NCBI GenBank assembly: GCA_965262915.1
Contig: OZ253564.1
Location: 4,640,001 to 4,704,000, forward strand
Source: Candidatus Spongiisociaceae bacterium
GTDB taxonomy: Bacteria > Actinomycetota > Acidimicrobiia > Spongiisociales > Spongiisociaceae
Direction of reading: 5' to 3'
Length of the DNA stretch: 64,000 nt
The notes below the pieces were generated by a model, which was not told where the DNA came from, ran no database searches, and saw only the letters and a program-made list of their open reading frames with translations. Positions 37,490 to 46,819 of this stretch are shown piece after piece (position 1 is the first letter of the stretch; every line of letters begins with the position of its first letter). The position numbers were made by a program, and so were the translations under genes.

Positions 37490-37637
37490 GTTCGTCCCCG
37501 ACTGTGTTGGAGTCACCGCTAACGATATCAAGGTATCCGGGGGTCTCGATCGCTTCCCCCTTCGATTTCATTCGAACCGCCGTGCCGGGCGTGCGGACCG
37601 TGGTCGGAAACCGGAATGAAGGTTGCACAGGTGCGGG

Positions 37638-38231
37638 TTACAGCGCCTGGCGCCCCGTCAGGGCTCGTCCGAGGGTGATCTCGTCGGCGTAGTCCATATC
37701 GCCACCGACAGGGAGACCGCTCGCCGGGCGGGTGACGGTCACGCCCAGAGGCTTGAACCGGCGGGCCAGGTACATGGCGGTGGTGTCACCCTCGATGGTG
37801 GGGTTGGTGGCGACGATCACCTCGGAAACCGATTCGGTCGGCAACCGAGCCGCCAGTTCCTCGATGCGCAACTGGGCGGGTCCGATCCCGTCGATCGGAG
37901 AAAGGGCGCCGCCCAGCACGTGGTACCGCCCGTTGAATTCCCGGGTCCGCTCCACGACCGCGATGTCCTGGGCGCGTTCGACCACGCAGAGGACGGTCGG
38001 GTCCCGCCGCAGATCCAGGCAGATCGAACACTCGACCCCGGAGGTTACGTTGTAACAGCGGGAACAGAACGAGGTCTGCTCGCGCAACTCGACGATGGCC
38101 TGCGCCAGGGCACGGGCATCGGACTCCTCCACGTTGAGGAGATGGAAGGCCAGGCGCTGGGCCGACTTCCGTCCTACGCCGGGGAGTCGGGTCAGTTCAT
38201 CGATCAATCTCTGGACGGGCCGTTCGAACAT
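37638..38231 (-). CDS. recR: Recombination mediator RecR
   Basis: LPGVGRKSAQRLAFH, C4 zinc finger and Toprim ATNPTIEG. Confidence 0.97.
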   Translation of the reverse strand: MFERPVQRLIDELTRLPGVGRKSAQRLAFHLLNVEESDARALAQAIVELREQTSFCSRCYNVTSGVECSICLDLRRDPTVLCVVERAQDIAVVERTREFNGRYHVLGGALSPIDGIGPAQLRIEELAARLPTESVSEVIVATNPTIEGDTTAMYLARRFKPLGVTVTRPASGLPVGGDMDYADEITLGRALTGRQAL

Positions 38232-38303
38232 CAGCTTTTCCAGCGTAGCCGTCGGCCGGGCCAGGACGGTTGCACGGGGCGGGCAAGGACCGGATCCGGC
38301 GCG

Positions 38304-40106
38304 CTACGGCTCGTCGATCACCGTGGCGCCCAGTTCCGTCTGGAGTAGAGAGACCGCATCGGTTGCGGACGCCGGCGCCTCCGGCAGGCTGTCCTTGTCG
38401 GGGAGGGCGTGGTCCGCTTCGTCGGCCGGGTCCGGGTCGGAATGGACCGAACCGTCCGCAGCCCGGAACGATACCGACAGGTTCGCACCCAGCAGCGCCT
38501 CCGCTCGTTCGGACAGGAAACGTTTCAGCTCGGCATCGGTCGAGAGCTGCTCGAGGTGGAAGGCGGCCGGAACCGTGAACACCAGGGTGGAGCCTTCCAC
38601 GCCCCCCGGGATAGCGTCCCGGAACAGGGCTGCTCGGCGATAACCCAGCCGTTCCCTGACACCGGCCATCAGCTGCGGCCAGATCCGGTCGAGGTCGGCC
38701 GGCGTAGGAGGTCGATCCTCCGCCGCCGTGGGCGTGGCCGGTGGCGACGCCGGAGCATCGACCCGCGAGGGATCCCGAGGAGGGCCGGGAGCGGCGGCAA
38801 CCGGGGCGGCATCATCCCGATCAGGGAACCCGATCTCCGCGGCCGGAGAGGCTCGGTGGGGATCGGGCCCTGGGTCCGGTGACGGAAGGGATGCCGCGGC
38901 CGGCGTAGGTGCTCGTGCGGATGGCTGTGGAGCCGATTGCGGCAGGGCGGGCATTCCGATCCCGCCCCTCTCCAGCTTCTCCAACCGCCTCAGCAGCGCC
39001 CCGGCCCCGTCGTCCAGCTCCGGCCGGACCAGCCTGAGGACCGCCAACTCCAGCATCATCCGTTCCTCGCGGCCCTCCCTCAGCTTCACCAGCGCCTCTC
39101 CCAGCAGGTCCAGCGCCCTCATGGCAGCCCCCGGCGGGAGCCGCCCGGCCACCTCGCTCCATCCGGCCACAACTTCGGCGGGCTCATCGGTGAGATCCCC
39201 GACGTTGGGGCTGTACATGGTCAGGAACACCCCCCGGAATAAGGCCAGAGCATCCCCCGCGAAACGCCGCAGGTCGACGCCGTGGGCCACCAGGCCGGCC
39301 ACCAGCTCCAGCGCCGCCCTGGCATCTTCCTCGACGAGCGCGCCCACCAGCACCGACAACGCCTCCGGACCGGCGATCCCGAGGGCGTTGCGGACACCCT
39401 CGGGGGTGACGGAACCATCCAGCGCCGCCACCTGCTCGAGGAGGCTCAGCGCGTCCCGTACCGAGCCGGCGGCCCGGCGAGCTACCGCCACCAGGGCTTC
39501 GGTAGAGGCCTGGTAACCCTCCGCATCGCACACCCTCCGGAGGTGGCCGGCTATGAGGTCGGTGGGAATCAGGCGGAAGTCGAAACGCTGGCTGCGCGAG
39601 CGGATCGTGTCCAGCAGGCGGTAGGGCTCGGTGGTGGCCAGCACGAAATGAACATGTTCCGGGGGCTCCTCGAGTGTCTTGAGCAACGCGTTGCCGGCCG
39701 ACTTGGTGAGCATGTGGGCCTCGTCGAGGATGAACACCCGCTTGGCGCCTCCCACCGACGCGACCGTGGACACGCTGGTCCTCAACTCCCGGATGTCCTC
39801 CACCTTGTTGTGGGAGGCGGCGTCGAGCTCCAGCACGTCCATGGACGAGGAGCCGGCTACCGCGGTACAGGAAGGGCACGTCCCGCACGGCTCCCCGGCC
39901 GCCTCGCGGTGCGGGCAGTTCAGAGACTTGGCCAGCAACCTGGCCGTGGTCGTCTTGCCGGTACCCCGGGGCCCCGCGAAGAGGTAGGCATGGGCCACCC
40001 GGCCCTCGGCGATCTCCTTGGACAGGGTATGGGTGACGTGATCCTGCCCGATCACCTCGTCGAAGCGCTGGGGACGGTACTTGCGGTAGAGCGCCTGGTA
40101 CTCCAC
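38304..40106 (-). CDS. dnaX: DNA polymerase III subunit gamma/tau
   Basis: LYRKYRPQRF, GPRGTGKTT, DEAHML, NALLKTLEEPP, TIRSR and Pro-rich linker. Confidence 0.97.
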   Translation of the reverse strand: MEYQALYRKYRPQRFDEVIGQDHVTHTLSKEIAEGRVAHAYLFAGPRGTGKTTTARLLAKSLNCPHREAAGEPCGTCPSCTAVAGSSSMDVLELDAASHNKVEDIRELRTSVSTVASVGGAKRVFILDEAHMLTKSAGNALLKTLEEPPEHVHFVLATTEPYRLLDTIRSRSQRFDFRLIPTDLIAGHLRRVCDAEGYQASTEALVAVARRAAGSVRDALSLLEQVAALDGSVTPEGVRNALGIAGPEALSVLVGALVEEDARAALELVAGLVAHGVDLRRFAGDALALFRGVFLTMYSPNVGDLTDEPAEVVAGWSEVAGRLPPGAAMRALDLLGEALVKLREGREERMMLELAVLRLVRPELDDGAGALLRRLEKLERGGIGMPALPQSAPQPSARAPTPAAASLPSPDPGPDPHRASPAAEIGFPDRDDAAPVAAAPGPPRDPSRVDAPASPPATPTAAEDRPPTPADLDRIWPQLMAGVRERLGYRRAALFRDAIPGGVEGSTLVFTVPAAFHLEQLSTDAELKRFLSERAEALLGANLSVSFRAADGSVHSDPDPADEADHALPDKDSLPEAPASATDAVSLLQTELGATVIDEP

Positions 40107-40149
40107 CCCCCGGATCGTACTCGCCCACGGTGACATAGAACTACGGCCG

Positions 40150-40475
40150 GCCGGAGTGCTCGCCGCCGGCGGACATCACACCTACGGGCTGCGTACGGAT
40201 GGGACCATCAGATGCCGGGGCGACAAGTTCCCGAAGGGGCCGGCGCATCCAGGCACCTGGAGACGCCCGCCGGGCAGTACCTGGCCATGGCCATCGGTCA
40301 GGACCACTCCTGCGCGATAGGCACCCATGGCGCAATCGCCTGCTGGGGTGAGAACTCATCGGGGAATACCGAACCGCCGGAGGGGAGTTTCGCCGATGAG
40401 TTAGTCGGGCGTTCCCACTCGTGCAGAATCCTCTCCGAGGGTGGCATCTCGTGCTGGGGTTCGAATTCCTTGAGG
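40150..40475 (+). pseudogene. Frameshifted fragment of an RCC1-like repeat protein
   Basis: Three repeats in two frames: AAGGHHTYGLRTDGTIRCRG, AIGQDHSCAIGTHGAIACWGENSSG and VGRSHSCRILSEGGISCWGSN. Confidence 0.75.
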
Positions 40476-40509
40476 AGGCCCCAATCTCCGGATGGAAGAT
40501 TTCACCGCC

Positions 40510-40546
40510 TTAGAAGGGTGGTGCAAGACCCCTTCACGGCCTGTCG
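40510..40546 (+). mobile_element. MITE end fragment (CTAGGAG-type family)
   Basis: TTAGAAGGGTGGTGCAAGACCCCTTCACGGCCTGTCG versus CGAGGAGGGTGGCGAGAAACCCCTTCACGGCCCGTCG at 5342. Confidence 0.7.
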
Positions 40547-40637
40547 GCACAAAGCAAGTTGTCCACTAACATCATCTATCGATGTCTATTGGCCATCGGC
40601 CATCGCGCAGCGACTATCGTCGGAGGGTGGGGGATCG

Positions 40638-41654
40638 ATGGACCGACTGAAGCGAGTGAACCGGACCGAGCGGGAGAGGCGGGAGCAGTCCGACCTCGCC
40701 CCGGCTGCTACCAGATCCGCGGAATCCAAGGGCAGGGAACGACCCGAAGAACCCGACCCGCTCCGGACCGCTTTCGAGCGGGACCGGGATCGGATAGTCC
40801 ACTGCAACGCCATCCGCCGACTTGCCCGCAAGACGCAGGTGTTCATCGACCCGGACGACGACCACTTCGTGACCCGGCTCACCCACTCCCTCCAGGTGGC
40901 CCAGATCGGCCGCGCCATGGCGATCGCGCTCGGTCTGAACGAGGCGCTCACCGAGGCGATCTGCCTGGGACACGACATCGGCCACGCGCCGTTCGGCCAC
41001 ACCGGGGAGGAAGCTCTGGCCGAGATCGTGGACGGAGGGTGGATCCACTCGTACCATTCGGTGCGGGTCCTGTCGGTCTTGGAGCCGCTCAACCTGACGT
41101 GGGAGACGCTGGACGGCATCAGGGCACATCCATGGCGCGTAGATCCCCCACCCACCACCCCCGAGGGGGGGTTGTGCCGCTTCGCCGACCGGATCGCCTA
41201 CCTGAGCCACGACCTGATCGACGCCATGCGGGCGGACATCATCCGCTACCGGGACCTGCCGTTCCGGGCCCAGGCTCTGCTGGGGGACCGCCACGGGCGT
41301 TGGGTCACCGCCATGGTGCATGCCGTGGTCGACGGATCCATCGCGGCCGGGACCATCAGCATGGATCCCGACATCGCCCAGGCCATGGCGGAGTTGAGAG
41401 CCTTCATGTTCGAGCGTGTCTACCTGCGCGCCGAGGGGGAGCCGCACCGTCGCGAGGCCATCAGGATCGTCCAGGACCTGGTGCGTCACTACGAAGCCCA
41501 CCCCTCCGAGGTCCCCTCCGCTCCCCTTCCCGGCAGCTCGCCTCTGGAGCGGGCGGTCGATTACGTTGCAGGGATGACCGATCGCTTCGCCTACCGCACT
41601 CACACCGAGCGCAGCGGACAGGTTGGTCAGTGGCCGGTGATCGGTGATCGGTAG
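40638..41654 (+). CDS. dgt: dGTP triphosphohydrolase-like HD protein
   Basis: RTAFERDRDRIVH, RRLARKTQVF, TRLTHS, HDIGHAPFGHTGE and DYVAGMTDRFA. Confidence 0.92.
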   Translation: MDRLKRVNRTERERREQSDLAPAATRSAESKGRERPEEPDPLRTAFERDRDRIVHCNAIRRLARKTQVFIDPDDDHFVTRLTHSLQVAQIGRAMAIALGLNEALTEAICLGHDIGHAPFGHTGEEALAEIVDGGWIHSYHSVRVLSVLEPLNLTWETLDGIRAHPWRVDPPPTTPEGGLCRFADRIAYLSHDLIDAMRADIIRYRDLPFRAQALLGDRHGRWVTAMVHAVVDGSIAAGTISMDPDIAQAMAELRAFMFERVYLRAEGEPHRREAIRIVQDLVRHYEAHPSEVPSAPLPGSSPLERAVDYVAGMTDRFAYRTHTERSGQVGQWPVIGDR

Positions 41655-41688
41655 TGCCAGTGGTCAATGGTCGGTTGTAGGAGGAACG

Positions 41689-42732
41689 ATGCTCATCCCG
41701 GTGATCCTTGCAGGAGGTTTGGGAACCCGGCTATGGCCGATATCGCGTCCCGAGCACCCCAAGCCCCTCGCCCGGTTGACCGGGAAATCCTCCATGATCC
41801 AGGAGACGGTACTCCGCGCCGCGGCCATCCCCGGAGCGAGCGATCCCGTCATCGTGTGCGGCGAGGCCCACTACGCGCCGATCGTCGATCATCTCAGTGA
41901 GGTCGGACGACGCGACTGCACTGCCCTGCTGGAACCGTTCGGGCGGGGCACCGCTCCCGCGGCGGCGGCCGCCGCGCTGGCCGTCGAGGAGGACGACATC
42001 CTGGCGGTGATGCCTGCCGACCACGTCATCGCGGACATCGGGGCTCTCGCGGAAGCGATCGGCCTGGCCGCCGACGCCGCTCGGGCCGGATGGCTGGTGA
42101 CGTTCGGGGTCGTCCCCGACCGGCCCGAGACCGGATACGGTTACATCGAGCACGGTGATCCGATAGATGGCCTCCCCGGCACGTACCGCATCGCCTCCTT
42201 CCGGGAGAAACCCGACGGTCCCACCGCCCGCCGTTATGTCGAGACCGGCCGCTACTCGTGGAACAGCGGCATGTTCGTCTTCCGGGCCGGCACTTACCTG
42301 GACGAACTCCACGAGGCCGCCCCTGAGATGGTTCGGCGGACCGAAGCTGCTCTGGCGGGCGCCACGAACCATGGCAAGACGCTGCTCCGACGAGGGGGCA
42401 CCCGGCTGGACCCGGAGAACTTCTCAGGATGCCCCCATGGGTCGATCGACCGGACGGTCATGGAACACACCCGACAGGGCGCGATGGTGCCCTTGGAGGC
42501 CGGTTGGAGCGATGTGGGCTCCTGGGCGGCGCTATGGGAGTCGGGCGCCAAGGACGGGGCCGGAAACGTCGTTTCGGGAACCAGCCACCTGAGGGGAGTC
42601 TCCTCCAGCTACGTCCGGGCCGGGGAGCGCCCTGTAGTCGTGGTCGGCCTCGAGAACGTCATCGTCGTCGACGCCGGTGATGCGGTGCTCGTGGCGAGCA
42701 TGGATCACGCCCAAGAGGTCAAGCCGCCCTAG
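41689..42732 (+). CDS. manC: Mannose-1-phosphate guanylyltransferase
   Basis: ILAGGLGTRLWPISR, EPFGRGTAPA, PADH, ETGYGYI, FREKP, WNSGMF and GWSDVGSW. Confidence 0.93.
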   Translation: MLIPVILAGGLGTRLWPISRPEHPKPLARLTGKSSMIQETVLRAAAIPGASDPVIVCGEAHYAPIVDHLSEVGRRDCTALLEPFGRGTAPAAAAAALAVEEDDILAVMPADHVIADIGALAEAIGLAADAARAGWLVTFGVVPDRPETGYGYIEHGDPIDGLPGTYRIASFREKPDGPTARRYVETGRYSWNSGMFVFRAGTYLDELHEAAPEMVRRTEAALAGATNHGKTLLRRGGTRLDPENFSGCPHGSIDRTVMEHTRQGAMVPLEAGWSDVGSWAALWESGAKDGAGNVVSGTSHLRGVSSSYVRAGERPVVVVGLENVIVVDAGDAVLVASMDHAQEVKPP

Positions 42733-42794
42733 GAGGGTGGTCTAGAACGGTGGGGAGCAACGGCCCGTCTATTTGTCCTTTTTTGAGCACCCTC
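42729..42794. mobile_element. Short MITE (CTAGGAG-type family) on the manC stop codon
   Basis: CTAGGAGGGTGGTCTAGAACGGTGGGGAGCAACGGCCCGTCT matches the reverse complement of 5552-5593; right end TTTTGAGCACCCTC. Confidence 0.78.
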
Positions 42795-42825
42795 GCAGGC
42801 GCCCCGGACATCCGCACGCCGGAGA

Positions 42826-45800
42826 TCAACCGGCCAGGGGCGAGACCTCCGCCGTACCGGTCCGCTCGGCCTCCTCCTCGTACTCTCCGTCGGCACCGGG
42901 CATCTGGAGCGAGGCGAGCCAATCGGCGCCCAGGTTGGCGGGCAGCGCGCTTGCGCCGGGCAGGTCAGGCTGGATCCCTTGGTACCGGGCAGCCCCGGTT
43001 CCGGCCGGGATCAGCTTCCCGATTATCACGTTCTCCTTCAGGCCCCGCAGGTAGTCGGAACGACCGTTGATAGCCGCCTCGGTGAGCACCCTGGTGGTCT
43101 CCTGGAAGGAAGCCGCCGACAACCACGAATCGGTGGCCAGCGACGCCTTGGTGATACCCATGAGCTGCGGGCGCCCTTCGGCGGGCATCTTGCCCTCGGC
43201 CACCAGGCGCCGGTTCGCGTCCCGGAACTCTCCATGGTCCACCAACTGGTGGGGTAGGAATTCCGAGTCGTTGGCGCGTGCCACGCGAACCTTGCGCAAC
43301 ATCTGGCGGACGATCATCTCGATGTGTTTGTCGTGGATGTCCACTCCCTGCGACCGGTACACCTCCTGTACCTGTTCCACCAGGTAACGCTGGCAGGCCT
43401 TCACTCCCTGGATCTCGCACACCTCCTTGGGGTCGAGGGGTCCCTCGGTGAGCGGCGTGCCGGCCGTGATCTCTTGCCCTGTGCGAACCCTCAGGCGGGC
43501 TCGCCGGGAGACCTCGTAGGTCTTCTCCCCGTCGGCGGACGTGATCGCGATCTTCCGACCGCCGCCGTCGATCTCCTCGACGCCGATCCGACCGCTGACC
43601 TCGGAGAGGAGGGCCTTGCCCTTGGGAGCGCGGGCCTCGAACAACTCGACCACGCGCGGTAACCCGTGGGTGATGTCCTGTCCGGCCACCCCCCCGGTGT
43701 GGAACGTCCGCATGGTCAGCTGGGTACCCGGCTCGCCGATGGACTGGGCAGCCATTATCCCGACCGCCTCGCCGGGCTCCACCATCCTCCCGGTGGCCAT
43801 GCTGAGACCGTATGAGGCCTGGCTGATGCCATGACGGATCTCGTCGGTGAGCGGCGAGCGCACCCGGATCCTGGTGACCGCGGAGGTTGCCTCCAGGGCC
43901 ACCAGCGCATGACGATCGATCACCTCTCCGGCCACCAGATCGCGCCCGTCCTTGGTCTCCAGCGGGTGTCCGTCCACCATCACATCGTCGACCAGTACCC
44001 TTCCGAAGACCCGGTTGCGCAGATAGCGAACCGGCGTGCCGCCGTCCTCTCGAACGGTGATCACGATGCCGCGGTCCTCGGAGTCCTCATCGTGCACGAT
44101 GATCTCCTGCGCAACGTCCACCAGACGGCGCGTGAGGTAACCCGAGTCGGCCGTCCGCAGGGCGGTGTCGGCCAGGCCCTTGCGAGCGCCGTGGGTCGAG
44201 ATGAAATACTCCAGTACCGACAGTCCTTCGAGGAAGTTCGACTTGATCGGGCGCGGGATGATGTCTCCCTTCGGATTGGCCACCAAGCCGCGCATCCCAG
44301 CGATCTGGCGTACCTGCATCATGTTCCCGCGGGCACCCGAGGTCACCATCATGTCGATGGGGTTGAACAGGCCGCTCGACAGGGACTTCCGCATCGAAGC
44401 AGTCACCGCCTCGGTGGCTTCGGTCCAGATCTCGATCAGTTCCTGCCGGAGCTCGTCATAGGTGATGATCCCCTTCTGGTACTGCTTGTCGAACTTGTCG
44501 GCCTGGCGCTGGAAACCATCGATGATGCGCTGCTTGTCCCGAGGGGTCCGCACATCGCTCAGCCCGATGGTCAGGCCCGCCCTGGTGGAGTACTCGAACC
44601 CGAGTTCCTTGATCTCGTCGAGGGTACGCTGCACGACGTTCTTGTCGTACCGTTCGATGATCTCGGCGACCAGAACCCTGACGTCGCTCTTGAGCACCTT
44701 GGCGTCGAGAACGGGGAAGTCCCGCGGCAGCGCCCTGTTCAGCAGGGTCCGCCCGAGCGTGGTCTCGATCAGCTCGTTGGCGTCGACCGGCTCGTCGGTG
44801 ATCAGATGAGGGATGAAGTCCTTCAGTTCGGCATGGACTTCGGGGTCACCGGCGATGTCGTAGAGGCGGAGCTTGATCGGCGCGTGCAGCGCCAACTCAC
44901 CGAGGTCGTACGCCATCATCGCCTCGTCGAGATCGGTGAACGCCCGGCCCGCACCCTTGGCGTCGGGTACCTTCTCCGACAGGTAGTAGATGCCTATGAC
45001 CATGTCCTGGGACGGAGTGACGATAGGTCGCCCGCTGGCCGGCGAGAGCACGTTGTTGGTGGACAGCATGAGCAGCCGCGCCTCGGCCTGTGCCTCGGCC
45101 GACAAGGGAAGGTGCACGGCCATCTGGTCCCCATCGAAGTCGGCGTTGAACGCCTCGCACACCAGCGGGTGTATCTGGATGGCCTTGCCCTCGACCAGGA
45201 CCGGCTCGAAAGCCTGTATCCCCAGCCGGTGAAGGGTGGGCGCCCGGTTCAGCAACACCGGGTGCTCCTGGATCACCTCCTTGAGCACATCCCAGACCTG
45301 GGGCCGCTGCCGCTCCACCATCCTCTTGGCGGACTTGATGTTCTGGGCGATGTCCCGGTCGACCAGCCGCTTCATCACGAAAGGCTTGAACAGCTCGAGC
45401 GCCATCACCTTGGGAAGTCCGCACTGATGAAGCAGCAGCTGCGGACCCACCACGATGACTGAACGGCCCGAGTAGTCGACCCGCTTGCCGAGCAGGTTCT
45501 GCCGGAACCGGCCCTGCTTGCCTTTCAGCATGTCGGACAACGACTTGAGGGCCCGGTTCCCCTGTCCGGTGACCGCCTTCCCCCGGCGACCGTTGTCGAA
45601 CAGCGCATCGACCGCTTCCTGGAGCATGCGTTTCTCGTTGTTGACGATGATCGCCGGCGCGTTGAGGTCGAGGAGCCGCTTGAGCCGGTTGTTGCGGTTG
45701 ATCACCCTTCGGTAGAGGTCGTTCAGGTCGGAGGTGGCAAAGCGCCCCCCGTCCAGCTGCACCATGGGCCGCAGGTCCGGGGGGATGACCGGTACCGCCT

Positions 45801-46815
45801 CCACGATCATGCTCTTGGGCGAGTGCTTACCCTCCCAGAACGGCTTGACGACCTTGATCCGCTGGGTAGCCCGGTGGCGACGCTGGGCCGATTTCGCCAC
45901 GAGGTTCTCCCGCAGCATCTCCATCTCGGCATCGAGGTCCAGCCGGGAGAGCAGGCTCCTGACGGCCTCGGCGCCCATACCACCCTCGAAGTAGGCGTCG
46001 TAACGGTTGTAGAGCACCCGCCACAGCTGCTCCGACTCCACGAGCTTCTTGGTCTTGAGCGATCGGAAGGTGTTGAAAGCCTCCACGATCAACTCGCACT
46101 CACGGTCGGCGCGTTCCTCGCGCTCCTTCATCTCGCGGTCCACCTCGCGGCGGCGTGCGGTGATCTCCTGGGGCTTGGCGCCCCCCTCCTCCATCCGCAT
46201 CACCTCTTGCTCGAGGCGCTCCAGCCGGGCGTCTCTCCACTCGGCGAACTCCTCCCGTTCCATCTCCAACTCGGCGCCCATCCTCTGCTCGAGCTGCGGC
46301 AGATCGACCAGGCGCTTCTTCTCGTCGAGATGGGTGATGACGTAGGAGGCGAAGTAGATGACCTTCTCCAACTCCTTGGGCGACATGTCGAGCAGGTAGC
46401 CGAGACGGGAGGGGACCCCCTTGAAGAACCAGATGTGGGTAACGGGTGCGGCCAACTCGATGTGGGCCATCCGTTCCCTCCGCACCTTGCTCCGGGTGAC
46501 CTCTACGTTGCACTTCTCGCACAGGATCCCCCGGTAGCGGATCCGCTTGTACTTTCCACAGGCGCACTCCCAGTCTTTCTGGGGACCGAATATCCGCTCG
46601 TCGAAGAGCCCTTCCTTCTCCGGCTTCAACGTCCGGTAGTTGATGGTCTCCGGCTTCTTGACCTCGCCGAACGACCAGGAACGAACCTGGTCGGGCGAAG
46701 CAAGACCGATCTTGAGTTCGTCGAACATGTCACGTTCGGATACACCCGTGTGTGAGCGGTAATTCGTGTAGTGGCCGTAAGGGCCGTACTGCTCTGGTCT
46801 GGAACCCCAATCCAC
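42826..46815 (-). CDS. rpoC: RNA polymerase beta' subunit
   Basis: [34 protein letters not shown] and [13 protein letters not shown]; start either GTG 46815 or ATG 46728. Confidence 0.98.
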   Translation of the reverse strand: MDWGSRPEQYGPYGHYTNYRSHTGVSERDMFDELKIGLASPDQVRSWSFGEVKKPETINYRTLKPEKEGLFDERIFGPQKDWECACGKYKRIRYRGILCEKCNVEVTRSKVRRERMAHIELAAPVTHIWFFKGVPSRLGYLLDMSPKELEKVIYFASYVITHLDEKKRLVDLPQLEQRMGAELEMEREEFAEWRDARLERLEQEVMRMEEGGAKPQEITARRREVDREMKEREERADRECELIVEAFNTFRSLKTKKLVESEQLWRVLYNRYDAYFEGGMGAEAVRSLLSRLDLDAEMEMLRENLVAKSAQRRHRATQRIKVVKPFWEGKHSPKSMIVEAVPVIPPDLRPMVQLDGGRFATSDLNDLYRRVINRNNRLKRLLDLNAPAIIVNNEKRMLQEAVDALFDNGRRGKAVTGQGNRALKSLSDMLKGKQGRFRQNLLGKRVDYSGRSVIVVGPQLLLHQCGLPKVMALELFKPFVMKRLVDRDIAQNIKSAKRMVERQRPQVWDVLKEVIQEHPVLLNRAPTLHRLGIQAFEPVLVEGKAIQIHPLVCEAFNADFDGDQMAVHLPLSAEAQAEARLLMLSTNNVLSPASGRPIVTPSQDMVIGIYYLSEKVPDAKGAGRAFTDLDEAMMAYDLGELALHAPIKLRLYDIAGDPEVHAELKDFIPHLITDEPVDANELIETTLGRTLLNRALPRDFPVLDAKVLKSDVRVLVAEIIERYDKNVVQRTLDEIKELGFEYSTRAGLTIGLSDVRTPRDKQRIIDGFQRQADKFDKQYQKGIITYDELRQELIEIWTEATEAVTASMRKSLSSGLFNPIDMMVTSGARGNMMQVRQIAGMRGLVANPKGDIIPRPIKSNFLEGLSVLEYFISTHGARKGLADTALRTADSGYLTRRLVDVAQEIIVHDEDSEDRGIVITVREDGGTPVRYLRNRVFGRVLVDDVMVDGHPLETKDGRDLVAGEVIDRHALVALEATSAVTRIRVRSPLTDEIRHGISQASYGLSMATGRMVEPGEAVGIMAAQSIGEPGTQLTMRTFHTGGVAGQDITHGLPRVVELFEARAPKGKALLSEVSGRIGVEEIDGGGRKIAITSADGEKTYEVSRRARLRVRTGQEITAGTPLTEGPLDPKEVCEIQGVKACQRYLVEQVQEVYRSQGVDIHDKHIEMIVRQMLRKVRVARANDSEFLPHQLVDHGEFRDANRRLVAEGKMPAEGRPQLMGITKASLATDSWLSAASFQETTRVLTEAAINGRSDYLRGLKENVIIGKLIPAGTGAARYQGIQPDLPGASALPANLGADWLASLQMPGADGEYEEEAERTGTAEVSPLAG

Positions 46816-46819
46816 TATG

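Noticed and set aside
38304-40106. Programmed frameshift in dnaX
   Set aside because: No A-AAA-AAG or poly-A slippery site seen; single open frame.
40212-41654. Genuine RCC1-dGTPase fusion protein (480-aa ORF)
   Set aside because: The repeats are frameshifted and degenerate, the linker is a MITE end, and dgt has its own Shine-Dalgarno and ATG at 40638.
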